The notes under the pieces are model-generated. The model did no database searches. It was given only the letters and a program-made list of their open reading frames with translations, and was not told where the DNA came from. 64,000 bases of DNA from an uncultured Ruminococcus sp. (GTDB lineage Bacteria; Bacillota; Clostridia; Oscillospirales; Ruminococcaceae). The stretch lies in contig CAMWTO010000001.1 of assembly GCA_947177205.1 (NCBI GenBank), forward strand, positions 4,090 to 68,089. The letters are read 5' to 3'. Each line of letters opens with the position of its first letter. The stretch's first letter is position 1. Both the position numbers and the translations under genes were made by a program. Positions 17,200 to 25,539 of the stretch are shown here, piece by piece.

Positions 17200-18192
17200 T
17201 TAAGAAGAAAACTGGATCATTTTGACAGCATCCGTCATCAGCACCCGGAATCCGACATTGACAGAAATGCCAATGCAATCAAGCTGTCTGTCAATTAATT
17301 TGTCTGTTTCCAGGATCACATCACTGCTCTGGATCTGTTCCAGTGCAAAGTCTGTATCCACGCCAAGCAGAATCGTATCATCCATCTGTGAGCAGTTGAT
17401 TAATTTTGTGCCGAAGGGCAGACGGATTTCCGTCACGTCTTCAGAAGAAGCTTCTAACATCTGATCCATGACCAGAATTTTTGCCATCACACCCGGAGAA
17501 ACTAACAGCGCTTTCATGTTGAAACTTTTGAAATTGCCATACAGTTCTGCCAGATCAGAATATGCAAAATCTTTTGCTGCGACAGTTGTCTTTGTTGCAT
17601 TTGCAGTATTTTTCATGATCACAAGTGCTTTGGCAGTAATGCTTTCAGCAAGCTGTTTGCCGATCCGGCGCAGCATCAGTGCAAAGACATCCAGTCTTTG
17701 CTGACGGACTGCCTCATAGGATGCCTGAACGATTCTTCCGTATTTTTCAATTGTTGAAATATTTGCACTTTCCAGAATGCTGGAAACAGGCATCGCCGTC
17801 CCGGCGGTCGTTGTGCTGTATGCAGTGGTATCTGTCAGCGCACAACCCTGGTAACGATTGGATTCACTCCAGGTGACAGCAGCTGTGATCTCTGGAAGTA
17901 CAGATTCTTCCATGCCCTGCATCACTGCACGGCGGATGAATTCCGGAAAGAGAACAGCGCTTTCCGTTGTCGTGAAGAATTTTTCGACTTTGTCGCAGTT
18001 GACACCGCTGACACGGATATCAAAACGCTTGAGCTGACGCTCGTAAGCGTCCAGTCCGGCAAGGGGCGTATTTTCGTAAGCAGAAGAAGCGTCCGCCTCT
18101 TCCAGAGCCTGCAAAAAGCTCTTGTTTGCCAGATGATACATGCCTTTTTCGAGCTTGACATGATTGAAATTTTCCTGATATTCCTGATACAT
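17200..18192 (-). CDS. major capsid protein, HK97-fold family
   Basis: 330 aa. The central segment EKYGRIVQASYEAVRQQRLDVFALMLRRIGKQLAESITAKAL matches the K.a..i.iS.E...d......i...l...la...d..l signature of HK97-type capsids. GGAGG RBS. Located just after the portal gene. Confidence 0.7.
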   Translation of the reverse strand: MYQEYQENFNHVKLEKGMYHLANKSFLQALEEADASSAYENTPLAGLDAYERQLKRFDIRVSGVNCDKVEKFFTTTESAVLFPEFIRRAVMQGMEESVLPEITAAVTWSESNRYQGCALTDTTAYSTTTAGTAMPVSSILESANISTIEKYGRIVQASYEAVRQQRLDVFALMLRRIGKQLAESITAKALVIMKNTANATKTTVAAKDFAYSDLAELYGNFKSFNMKALLVSPGVMAKILVMDQMLEASSEDVTEIRLPFGTKLINCSQMDDTILLGVDTDFALEQIQSSDVILETDKLIDRQLDCIGISVNVGFRVLMTDAVKMIQFSS

Positions 18193-18252
18193 AGAAAGAC
18201 CTCCATGAAAATTAAAATAAAAATTAAAAATAATTTTAAACTTAAAATTATT

Positions 18253-19413
18253 TTAATTCTCCTGAATCGGCAGATTGTTTTCTTTTTCCAGAACGTCTGC
18301 CTGTGCGTTCCAGAGTCTTGCCTGTGCAAGCTGTACTTCATCCTGGAGACTGATATGATCCCAGACGACCTGAACTTCACAGCATTTTCCGGCTAATTGC
18401 AGATACATCCTGACAATTTTTAAAATCACAGGGTCTAATAATCTGCGATAATATTCCAGTTCAGACGTCAGAATATCTGCCTGTTGTGCGGACATGCGTT
18501 CGGTAGATGACCAGTTGAGCCCTAACAGAAATGGCGGAATAGATAATTTAGAAATAATCTGTTCCAGGAGCTGCCGGACGGGGATTTCTGTTGATGGCAT
18601 TTCGCTTTCAGCACCGATCACACGAATATCAATATCCCCAACAGAAACAAAATCCCGGACTTCGCCGTATCTTGCCGCCTGCATCCCGGCAGACCATTCC
18701 GCAGCGATTGCCTCGGCACGTTCCCTGGCATACGCCATGTCTCCGGGATCAGATGACGGCTTGTAAGTGACAGCGTAACGGACATTGCCGGCACGGTCGA
18801 AATTCTGACCGATGCACTCATAAATTCTCAGAAGAATTTCAGAGAATGCCGGGAGACCCTGGAGCAGAGAAACGCCGTAGATACCGCCGGGAGGAGGCTT
18901 GAGTGCGGAGAATAGAATCCGTTCCGGGTGTTTAAGAAGCATTTCGCCGTTTGCATTCCGGACGAAGAATTTTTTTTCAAATGGTGCATTTCCGGGACGA
19001 ATGATCAGATCCGGCGCACAGGCATTCCAGAGACCAACAATGCAGGAATGTTGCCGGTCCATGACGATTTCCCCGGCGGCATTGCCATAGACAAGCAAAC
19101 TATCCAGATAGCAGTCCAGGAAATTATAAATAGATTGTCCAGTGAAACCAACAGGGACATCTCTGAGAAAGCGATCCAGATTTTTTTGTTGTCCGGGATC
19201 ACTGCACACCACTTGAAAAGAGCCCGTCAAGCGGATTAATTTTGCAATTGCGGCATCAATAATGGGAACAGTCCTGCGGATTTTGTCAAACAGATCATAC
19301 GCATAGAGCTGGACGAGGAAATCTTCCGGCTTGTGGATGCCGACAGTCTGGACGGCAGGGACAGTGCACTGATCTGATTCAAAATTTAATTTTTTTGAAT
19401 TTCCTGAGTTCAA
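18253..19413 (-). CDS. phage portal protein
   Basis: 386 aa with a TTG start after GGTGA. Its position between large terminase and capsid, its size, and the ..LDSLLVYGNAAGEIV.. segment are typical of HK97-type portals. Confidence 0.7.
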   Translation of the reverse strand: MNSGNSKKLNFESDQCTVPAVQTVGIHKPEDFLVQLYAYDLFDKIRRTVPIIDAAIAKLIRLTGSFQVVCSDPGQQKNLDRFLRDVPVGFTGQSIYNFLDCYLDSLLVYGNAAGEIVMDRQHSCIVGLWNACAPDLIIRPGNAPFEKKFFVRNANGEMLLKHPERILFSALKPPPGGIYGVSLLQGLPAFSEILLRIYECIGQNFDRAGNVRYAVTYKPSSDPGDMAYARERAEAIAAEWSAGMQAARYGEVRDFVSVGDIDIRVIGAESEMPSTEIPVRQLLEQIISKLSIPPFLLGLNWSSTERMSAQQADILTSELEYYRRLLDPVILKIVRMYLQLAGKCCEVQVVWDHISLQDEVQLAQARLWNAQADVLEKENNLPIQEN

Positions 19414-19463
19414 AAGCTTACTTCACCTCGGTATTTTATTTTTTAAATTTTTAATTAAATTAT

Positions 19464-20708
19464 TTAGCGCTTTACGCTCAGTGCGACAAACGGGTCCTGT
19501 GTTTTGTACAGAACGGTGCTGACAAAATAGCGCATATCGTCCATTGCATGATCGAATTCTTTCCGTGGTGCATCTCCGATGCTGTCCGTATTCCAGCAGT
19601 ATTGGGTGAATTCCCGGAGTGTGTCAGCGCAGGAACTGTGAAATTTGATTTGTTCCAATCGGAGCGCATTGCTCACAAACCGGATACCGGACAGGACATC
19701 ATTTCTGGCTTTGATGACTCGGAATTTCTGATGGGAGTGAATGCAGGCGATGAAACTTGCCGCTGACGGATCGACAATCACAGCGTCGATTTTCAAAGAG
19801 CCGGCGAGTAATTCCAGTGCCGTATAATGTTCTTCGTCGGTTCTCTGGATGCCCTCACGGCGGGAATCGAAATAATATTCCCGGATTCTGTACCAGATCC
19901 CGTCAGATTCTCCCCAGAGTCCCATGGAAGTCGGATTGACTGTCCCGTAGTCGCAAGAGATGAAATAGCGCTGACATTCCGGAATTTTGTCCACGACATG
20001 AATTGCCTTGCTGAACATCGGATAGACAACACCCTCCGAAACAGTCCACTTTCCGAGAATAAATCTATCATAGAACACACCGCCGTAAGTTCTGGCATAG
20101 CGTTCCCGGACAGATTCTGACAGAGACGGATTGTCCTTCATGGTAAAATGCAGATATAATGCATGTTTCTGTTCGGCTTTTTTAATCCATTCCAGATAGA
20201 ACCAGTGATAAGGATGTTCGGGATTGCAATTAAACCAGAGTTTCGCATGATCCACGGAACATCTTGCAAGTGCCTGTTCTACGAAAGATCTTGGCATAAG
20301 AGCAACTTCATCCAGAAGGACGCCGGAAAGTGTCATGCCTTGGATCATGGAAGCAGAACTTTCATCCTTACCGCCGAACAGGTAAAAGCGATTGGTATGA
20401 TGATAAACCGTAACGTCAATATAATGCTTGCTGAGAGATTGACGAACGGAAAAGCCAGCGGATTCCAGAACCGAAACAAGCGGTCTGATCAGGTTTCTTT
20501 CTACGGAAGTGATTGTTTTGCCGCACATGGCAAGCGATGCATGATTCCAGGTGACCATTGCCCAACATACGAATCCCAGGGACATGGACAGCGTTTTGCC
20601 GCTCCGGACAGCGCCATCACAGATCAATGCATCATACTGAGCGTATGCCGGGAGCGCCCACCATCGAAGCGCAAGTTTTTGTTTGGGAGAAAATTTTTGA
20701 AATTTCAT
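19464..20708 (-). CDS. terminase large subunit (PBSX/XtmB-like family)
   Basis: 414 aa. Walker A in DGAVRSGKTLS, Walker B-like LLDEV, and a C-terminal nuclease region with D..DPS and HAMDD.RY. ATGA overlap with the small terminase stop. Confidence 0.9.
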   Translation of the reverse strand: MKFQKFSPKQKLALRWWALPAYAQYDALICDGAVRSGKTLSMSLGFVCWAMVTWNHASLAMCGKTITSVERNLIRPLVSVLESAGFSVRQSLSKHYIDVTVYHHTNRFYLFGGKDESSASMIQGMTLSGVLLDEVALMPRSFVEQALARCSVDHAKLWFNCNPEHPYHWFYLEWIKKAEQKHALYLHFTMKDNPSLSESVRERYARTYGGVFYDRFILGKWTVSEGVVYPMFSKAIHVVDKIPECQRYFISCDYGTVNPTSMGLWGESDGIWYRIREYYFDSRREGIQRTDEEHYTALELLAGSLKIDAVIVDPSAASFIACIHSHQKFRVIKARNDVLSGIRFVSNALRLEQIKFHSSCADTLREFTQYCWNTDSIGDAPRKEFDHAMDDMRYFVSTVLYKTQDPFVALSVKR

Positions 20709-21103
20709 GCCATCAGATCCGGCGTTTCAGATTTTTTAAAATTTCCGGAATCATCCGGGATTTGTTCCGGATCTGTAAGCGCCTGAAGCAGATTGTCAGA
20801 AAGATTTTCATCCTGGAGCGCATACTCATAGAGTTTTTCCAATGCTTTCTGTCTGTCGAAGAACTGCACTTCCACGCCGCCGCCCTTGACACGTTTGACA
20901 GAAGAAATGTTAAACAACTGGAGTTTGGCAAGCTGTTCCGGCGGCGGAATATCTTCGGCAAAAACCAGAGAGACAGCGTCATTGATTTTGCCGGATGCTA
21001 ATTTTTTCAGACCATCAATGACAAGATCTTTATCTGACTTTTTTTTATTTTTTCTGGGATTTTTTAAATTCTGCATAGCAGATCGCAGCCCCCTTTCACT
21101 CAT
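20705..21103 (-). CDS. terminase small subunit-like protein (short form)
   Basis: About 132 aa from ATG 21103; ATG 21076 is an alternative. The ..INDAVSLVF...(N20)..ISSVKRVKGGGVEVQFFDRQKALEKLYEY motif matches the C-terminal oligomerisation region of Firmicutes small terminases. The start is uncertain, because the track ORF start (TTG 21133) lies in the loop of the spoVS terminator. Confidence 0.55.
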   Translation of the reverse strand: MSERGLRSAMQNLKNPRKNKKKSDKDLVIDGLKKLASGKINDAVSLVFAEDIPPPEQLAKLQLFNISSVKRVKGGGVEVQFFDRQKALEKLYEYALQDENLSDNLLQALTDPEQIPDDSGNFKKSETPDLMA

Positions 21104-21117
21104 AGGCTGAAAAAAGC

Positions 21118-21142
21118 AAAAAACTGTACGCAAACGTACAGT
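21118..21142 (-). terminator. intrinsic terminator of spoVS
   Basis: Minus strand: ACTGTACG-TTTG-CGTACAGT followed by TTTTTGCTTTTTT. Arms at 21123-21130 / 21135-21142. Confidence 0.8.
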
Positions 21143-21199
21143 TTTTAAAAATTTTTTTTAAATTTTAAAATTTTTTAATTTTTAAAAAAATTAAAAATT

Positions 21200-21460
21200 T
21201 TATCTTGGCTCGCAGATCAGTTTAATTGCTGTGCGGTCTTCGCCGTCAATCTGAATATTGGTAAATGCCGGAATGCACACCAGGTCAATGCCAATGGGTG
21301 CAAGATATCCCCTTGCCACAGCGATGGATTTGATTGCCTGATTGGCAGCACCTGCGCCCACTGCCTGAATTTCCACGTTTCTGTTTTCACGGATGACACC
21401 TGCGATAGCACCTGCGACAGAGTTGGGAACGGAACGTGATGAAACTTTCAATACTTCCAT
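21200..21460 (-). CDS. spoVS: stage V sporulation protein S
   Basis: 86 aa from ATG 21460: MEVLKVSSRSVPNSVAGAIAGVIRE..EIQAVGAGA.NQA.K.IA.ARG...P.G.DL.CIPAFT.IQIDGE.RTAIKL..EPR. Near-identical in pattern to Bacillus SpoVS. GGAGGA RBS. Confidence 0.92.
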   Translation of the reverse strand: MEVLKVSSRSVPNSVAGAIAGVIRENRNVEIQAVGAGAANQAIKSIAVARGYLAPIGIDLVCIPAFTNIQIDGEDRTAIKLICEPR

Positions 21461-21617
21461 AAGATCCTCCATGTATGATGTAAAAATAAGAAAAGATAAT
21501 AGATGATGTCTGAGATCTGAGAACAGAAATTTAATTTCAAATTTTTCTGTTTTCCACTCTGCGTTTATTATACTACATTCTGAAAGAAAATGCAATAGCT
21601 TTTTGAAAATTTGTGAA

Positions 21618-22394
21618 TTATCGCACAATCAGAGGTGTGATTTTCGTGCATTTACCACAGGTTTTGTCAAATTCCACAAGAACGGCGTTGAGATAGCAAG
21701 CCCCTTTTGCGTCCTGATAGGGGACAGGTGCATGAAACCGGAGCTTGTCCGTGGCGGTTTTCACATCCACACCCAGGACAGAACGTTCTACGCCGGTCAT
21801 TCCCACATCCGTGATATAGCCGGTGTGAGAATCGAGAATGCAGGCATCTGCGGTCTGGACGTGTGTGTGCGTTCCAAGAACAGCCGTGACACGTCCGGCA
21901 AGGTAAAATCCCATGGCACGTTTTTCAGACGTTGCCTCAGCGTGGAAATCCACGAAAATATTCGGTGTAGGGGATTCGTTCCGGATCTGTTCCAGAACAC
22001 AATCCATACTGGAAAACGGATTTTCCAGATTTTCGAGAAACAGCACGCCGGAGAGATTCACAACGGCGATCTGACAGCAGCCCATGTCATGAATTACAAA
22101 CCCTCTGCCCGGACAGGCAGAACCATAATTGACAGGGCGGATCACATCCGGATGTTCAAAGATCTGTAATTCTTTCCGACGTTGAAATGCATGATTCCCG
22201 GTCGTGATGATATCCGCTCCAGCCCGGAAGATCTGCATGGCGGAATGGTTGGTAATGCCGTTGCCGAGAGCGGAATTTTCGCCGTTGACGACTACGATAT
22301 CAATTCCGGATTCCCGTTTCAGTAGGGGGAGTTTTTTAGACAGAAACGCACAGCCGGTTTCGCTGACGACATCACCGACAAATAATAATTTCAT
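21618..22394 (-). CDS. ymdB: TIGR00282-family metallophosphoesterase (YmdB-like 2',3'-cyclic-nucleotide phosphodiesterase)
   Basis: 258 aa. MKLLFVGDVV...G........LP.LK.....D.VVVNGEN.A.G.GIT and GNH motifs. Conserved ymdB-spoVS synteny. Confidence 0.88.
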   Translation of the reverse strand: MKLLFVGDVVSETGCAFLSKKLPLLKRESGIDIVVVNGENSALGNGITNHSAMQIFRAGADIITTGNHAFQRRKELQIFEHPDVIRPVNYGSACPGRGFVIHDMGCCQIAVVNLSGVLFLENLENPFSSMDCVLEQIRNESPTPNIFVDFHAEATSEKRAMGFYLAGRVTAVLGTHTHVQTADACILDSHTGYITDVGMTGVERSVLGVDVKTATDKLRFHAPVPYQDAKGACYLNAVLVEFDKTCGKCTKITPLIVR

Positions 22395-22432
22395 TGAAAA
22401 ATTCTCCAGTTAATTTATTTTAATTTTTATTT

Positions 22433-23938
22433 TTATTCGTTTCCGGTAATCCTGGCAATCAGTTCATCAATGGAATTCGGATCAGCCGCAGAAGTTTCAT
22501 AGGGAATGCCCTGTTCCCGGAGGATTTCCTGCAAACTGGCAGGATTTTTCCGGATTGGGCGGCTTTTCTGATTCTGAATTCTACGCAGTTCCTCCCGTTT
22601 TTCTTCTTCCTGTTCCCGGATTCTCTGTGCTTTCTGATAATCCCGGATCGTCTGAATTTTTTGTGTTCTCTGCGCAATTTCAAGTACAGGATCGGGATTT
22701 TCCGGATTTTTGAGAATTTCCGGGATTACCGGACTATCCTGATTTTCCGGAATTGGTTCCAGAACACGGAGCGATTTATGCTGTGGGATAGGCATATCAA
22801 AATTATGAGAATTAGAATTATCAGGAATATTAATTTTTTCCTGATTTTTATTATCTTCATTATATTTATATTCTTCATCATCTTCATATTCTGATTCTCC
22901 CGTGAACGCTCTCACCAGGAAAACAGGCAGCTGCAAGAACAACCCCACCGTGCAGCTCAGGATGAACACCACCAGAACAGCAAAAAATCCTACAATCAGC
23001 AGCATTTCCAATTCCGGGAAATTTTCCTGGATTGACGGCATCAGGAAATCAATGACTACATCGCCGAGCATTAACGTGATGAGTGCGCCGCCGGATGCAC
23101 CGGCAAAAAAACTATGCCGACCGGATTCTCCACGTGCCGGACTGTGGAACAGACCCAGTGTGAACAATGCCGTCAGCAGGGACAATAAACTTGCCATGCT
23201 GTCGAATTGCGGATAATAGAGAAATCCCCGGTCTGTACAGACATATGTGACACAGGCCGTCTGTCCGCCCCAGACAAGCAAAAGCAGAAACAGCCAGAGA
23301 ATTCTGCTGTGTTTTGCGGCATATTCCCGGATGTATGCCCCACCGGCGAAACCGGCAATCGGTGCAAGCATCTTGCACCATTCCGGGAGAAGATAGTCTC
23401 CGGATGACAGGAGCAACATCGGTTGGAGTGTGCTGACAGCAGCGGTAACAACTACAAAAGCAAGCCGGGCATTCCGGGACTGTAATTTCTGAAAAGCGGC
23501 GCCCAGGAACGGAGCGGCAAGCAGGAGCGCAAAATACATGCCAAGGAATTTCGCCGTATCCGTAGCGGAGAACTGTCGGAGCGCCTGAAAGATAATATCC
23601 GGCGTCATTTCCTGTTCAAAAAAGACTTTTCTCAGCAGGAGCGTGCAGAGTGTTGCAATCACATAAATATAACTAAGCCGGAACAGTGGCTTGAACGAGT
23701 GCAGAGAGAATTGCTCGGAAGATTTCACATAGCCTACACAGCTCGCAAGGAGCATCGCACCGGAGAGACAGAACCAGCGCATCGCAATGAAAGGCGCACT
23801 GTCGTATGTAATTGTAGATTCGATAAAACCGGTTTCCCGGATATACTGCAAACCAAGCAGGAGCATCACGCCCAGACAGCTAAGCGCATCCGCACAAAGG
23901 AATCTGCCATGAGAGGATTCTGATTTTGTATCTGTCAA
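22433..23938 (-). CDS. polytopic membrane protein with long charged, low-complexity C-terminal tail
   Basis: 501 aa. The TTG start overlaps the CYTH gene stop (TTGA). About 10 TM segments (acyltransferase-3-like appearance), followed by about 160 aa of acidic/E-N-P-rich and K/R/E-rich tail. Confidence 0.6.
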   Translation of the reverse strand: MTDTKSESSHGRFLCADALSCLGVMLLLGLQYIRETGFIESTITYDSAPFIAMRWFCLSGAMLLASCVGYVKSSEQFSLHSFKPLFRLSYIYVIATLCTLLLRKVFFEQEMTPDIIFQALRQFSATDTAKFLGMYFALLLAAPFLGAAFQKLQSRNARLAFVVVTAAVSTLQPMLLLSSGDYLLPEWCKMLAPIAGFAGGAYIREYAAKHSRILWLFLLLLVWGGQTACVTYVCTDRGFLYYPQFDSMASLLSLLTALFTLGLFHSPARGESGRHSFFAGASGGALITLMLGDVVIDFLMPSIQENFPELEMLLIVGFFAVLVVFILSCTVGLFLQLPVFLVRAFTGESEYEDDEEYKYNEDNKNQEKINIPDNSNSHNFDMPIPQHKSLRVLEPIPENQDSPVIPEILKNPENPDPVLEIAQRTQKIQTIRDYQKAQRIREQEEEKREELRRIQNQKSRPIRKNPASLQEILREQGIPYETSAADPNSIDELIARITGNE

Positions 23939-24474
23939 ATATTACCATTCCTTTCTTCGGGAAAAGTCAGTGTCATGGAAAGTGAAAAATTACTGTAGCC
24001 GGGTTGGTCCGTGACATCCGCAAGAATATGAATCCAGTCCGGAATCTGAACAGGCGAGTTAATATCCGAAAGTTCAATTTCCAGTGTTGCAAGTTTCCGG
24101 CTGAACTCGTACAGATCCAGTTCCAGAATCTGATTCCGGTAGGGAATGGCGTATCGGATTTTAGAAATCATCTGGTGTGTCGTATCGGCTTCTTTGCATA
24201 ATTGCTGATATTGCGTTTCTGAGATCTGGTCTTCCAGTTCCATCCGTTCACCGAACGCAATTTTTTTCTTTCTCGTGTAGGTGTATTCCGTATGATCCGG
24301 GAAAATGCGCTCCCGGATGCGTCTGCCAAAACCGGAATCATCAGATTTCAGATAGATTTGTGTGATACGGGTCGCCATATCCTCCGGAATCTGATTGAGA
24401 ACCACAGAATCCGGGTAGGCGATCAGGTATTTTCTTTCGATTTCTAAATTGTTTTTTAAATTATTATTCTTCAT
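23935..24474 (-). CDS. CYTH-domain (triphosphate tunnel metalloenzyme) protein
   Basis: 179 aa. N-terminal EIERKYLI signature (the ExExK of the CYTH fold). 4-nt overlaps with both neighbouring genes. Confidence 0.75.
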   Translation of the reverse strand: MKNNNLKNNLEIERKYLIAYPDSVVLNQIPEDMATRITQIYLKSDDSGFGRRIRERIFPDHTEYTYTRKKKIAFGERMELEDQISETQYQQLCKEADTTHQMISKIRYAIPYRNQILELDLYEFSRKLATLEIELSDINSPVQIPDWIHILADVTDQPGYSNFSLSMTLTFPEERNGNI

Positions 24475-24860
24475 TTTTTTAAATTTGCCTTTGTCTGGAA
24501 TTTTTCAGCATCTACGATATAACGTCTGTGTGTTCCGTGTCCGATTTCGCCGACCGTGTCGAACGCCATCACATGCAACAGGATTTCCCGTCCGTTGGAT
24601 TCTGTAATTTCGGCTTCTGCCGTAATCGTGACACCCTGAGGACTGGGAGACGTGTGTTCAATGCTGAGTGCAGTCCCGACAGTTGTTTCACCAGGATCGA
24701 GAAACGGCGCAATCGCAGCACAGGCGGCTTCTTCCATTAATGCACACATGGACGGTGTGGCGAAGACTTTCAGCGAACCGCTGCCGACAGCAACCGCTAA
24801 TTTATCCGAAGTGACCTTTGTGAAAACTTCGGCTTTCTGTCCGATTTTGATTTCTTTCAA
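24471..24860 (-). CDS. hotdog-fold thioesterase family protein
   Basis: 129 aa with a TTG start. Pattern ..VT...LAVAVGSG.L.VFATP.M.ALME.A....I...L..G.T.VG..L.I.H...SP.G is typical of small thioesterase-superfamily proteins. Confidence 0.65.
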   Translation of the reverse strand: MKEIKIGQKAEVFTKVTSDKLAVAVGSGSLKVFATPSMCALMEEAACAAIAPFLDPGETTVGTALSIEHTSPSPQGVTITAEAEITESNGREILLHVMAFDTVGEIGHGTHRRYIVDAEKFQTKANLKK

Positions 24861-24921
24861 AAAAATACCCCCTTGAATGAAAAAATAATTTTTGAATTAA
24901 TTTTATATTTTGATCAATTTT

Positions 24922-25533
24922 TTATAAGATACCCTGTTCCACAGCAGTCCGAATAATACTTTCAGCGAGTACCTCTATTTCAGAACTCCCGTCGTGGATC
25001 TTCGTTAGATTCTGCCGCACCTGGTCTTCCCGGATGCCGTGTGACTTCCAGGAAAGACCGCCTTTCATATAATTCAGCAACATCGGCTGAATTCGGTCAA
25101 GGGCATTGGCAAATCTGGATTCCGGAGAATTTCGGGATTCAAATTCGTCCCATAATGCTCGGAATTCGCAAGCCTGATCTTCCGGAAGCATGGAGAAAAT
25201 CCGGTCAGCGGCTTTCTGTTCACGTTCGGCTTTATCCTGATTGCCGGCAGTATCATAAAAATATGTATCTCCGGCGTCAATCTCGACGACATCATGAATC
25301 AGAACCATTTTCATGACATGGAGAACATCTATTTTTTCTTTGGCATATTCCGCAAGAATACAAGCCATGACTGCCAGATGATAACTGTGTTCGGCGTCGT
25401 TTTCTCTCCGGTCTTCATGGAGCACAAGGGATCTGCGGTAAATATTCTTTAATTTATCTAATTCCAACAGAAAAGCGATCTGCTTTGCAAATCTCTGATT
25501 CTGGATATTAAGATCCTGAAAATTCTGCATCAT
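24922..25533 (-). CDS. HD-domain phosphohydrolase (YfbR-like)
   Basis: 203 aa. E.DAEHSYHLA and LIHDVVEIDAGD metal-binding motifs. Confidence 0.75.
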   Translation of the reverse strand: MMQNFQDLNIQNQRFAKQIAFLLELDKLKNIYRRSLVLHEDRRENDAEHSYHLAVMACILAEYAKEKIDVLHVMKMVLIHDVVEIDAGDTYFYDTAGNQDKAEREQKAADRIFSMLPEDQACEFRALWDEFESRNSPESRFANALDRIQPMLLNYMKGGLSWKSHGIREDQVRQNLTKIHDGSSEIEVLAESIIRTAVEQGIL

Positions 25534-25539
25534 TTTTTA

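Larger units (their letters stand above)
14098..21103 (-). mobile_element. phage-derived capsid/packaging gene block without visible tail, lysis, integration or regulation genes
   Basis: Nine co-directional ORFs with short gaps or overlaps, called individually below. Bounded by the spoVS terminator (21118-21142) and the bidirectional terminator (14018-14064). Confidence 0.7.

Noticed and set aside
21131-21133. The track's start (TTG 21133) for the terminase-small ORF.
   Set aside because: The codon lies in the loop of the spoVS terminator hairpin. A start at ATG 21103 or 21076 is more plausible.
14018-21202. Searched by eye for direct repeats (att sites), an integrase, or tRNA genes at the borders of the phage-like block.
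   Set aside because: None were found. The borders coincide with ordinary terminators, so the block cannot be called an integrated prophage with defined ends from this window.
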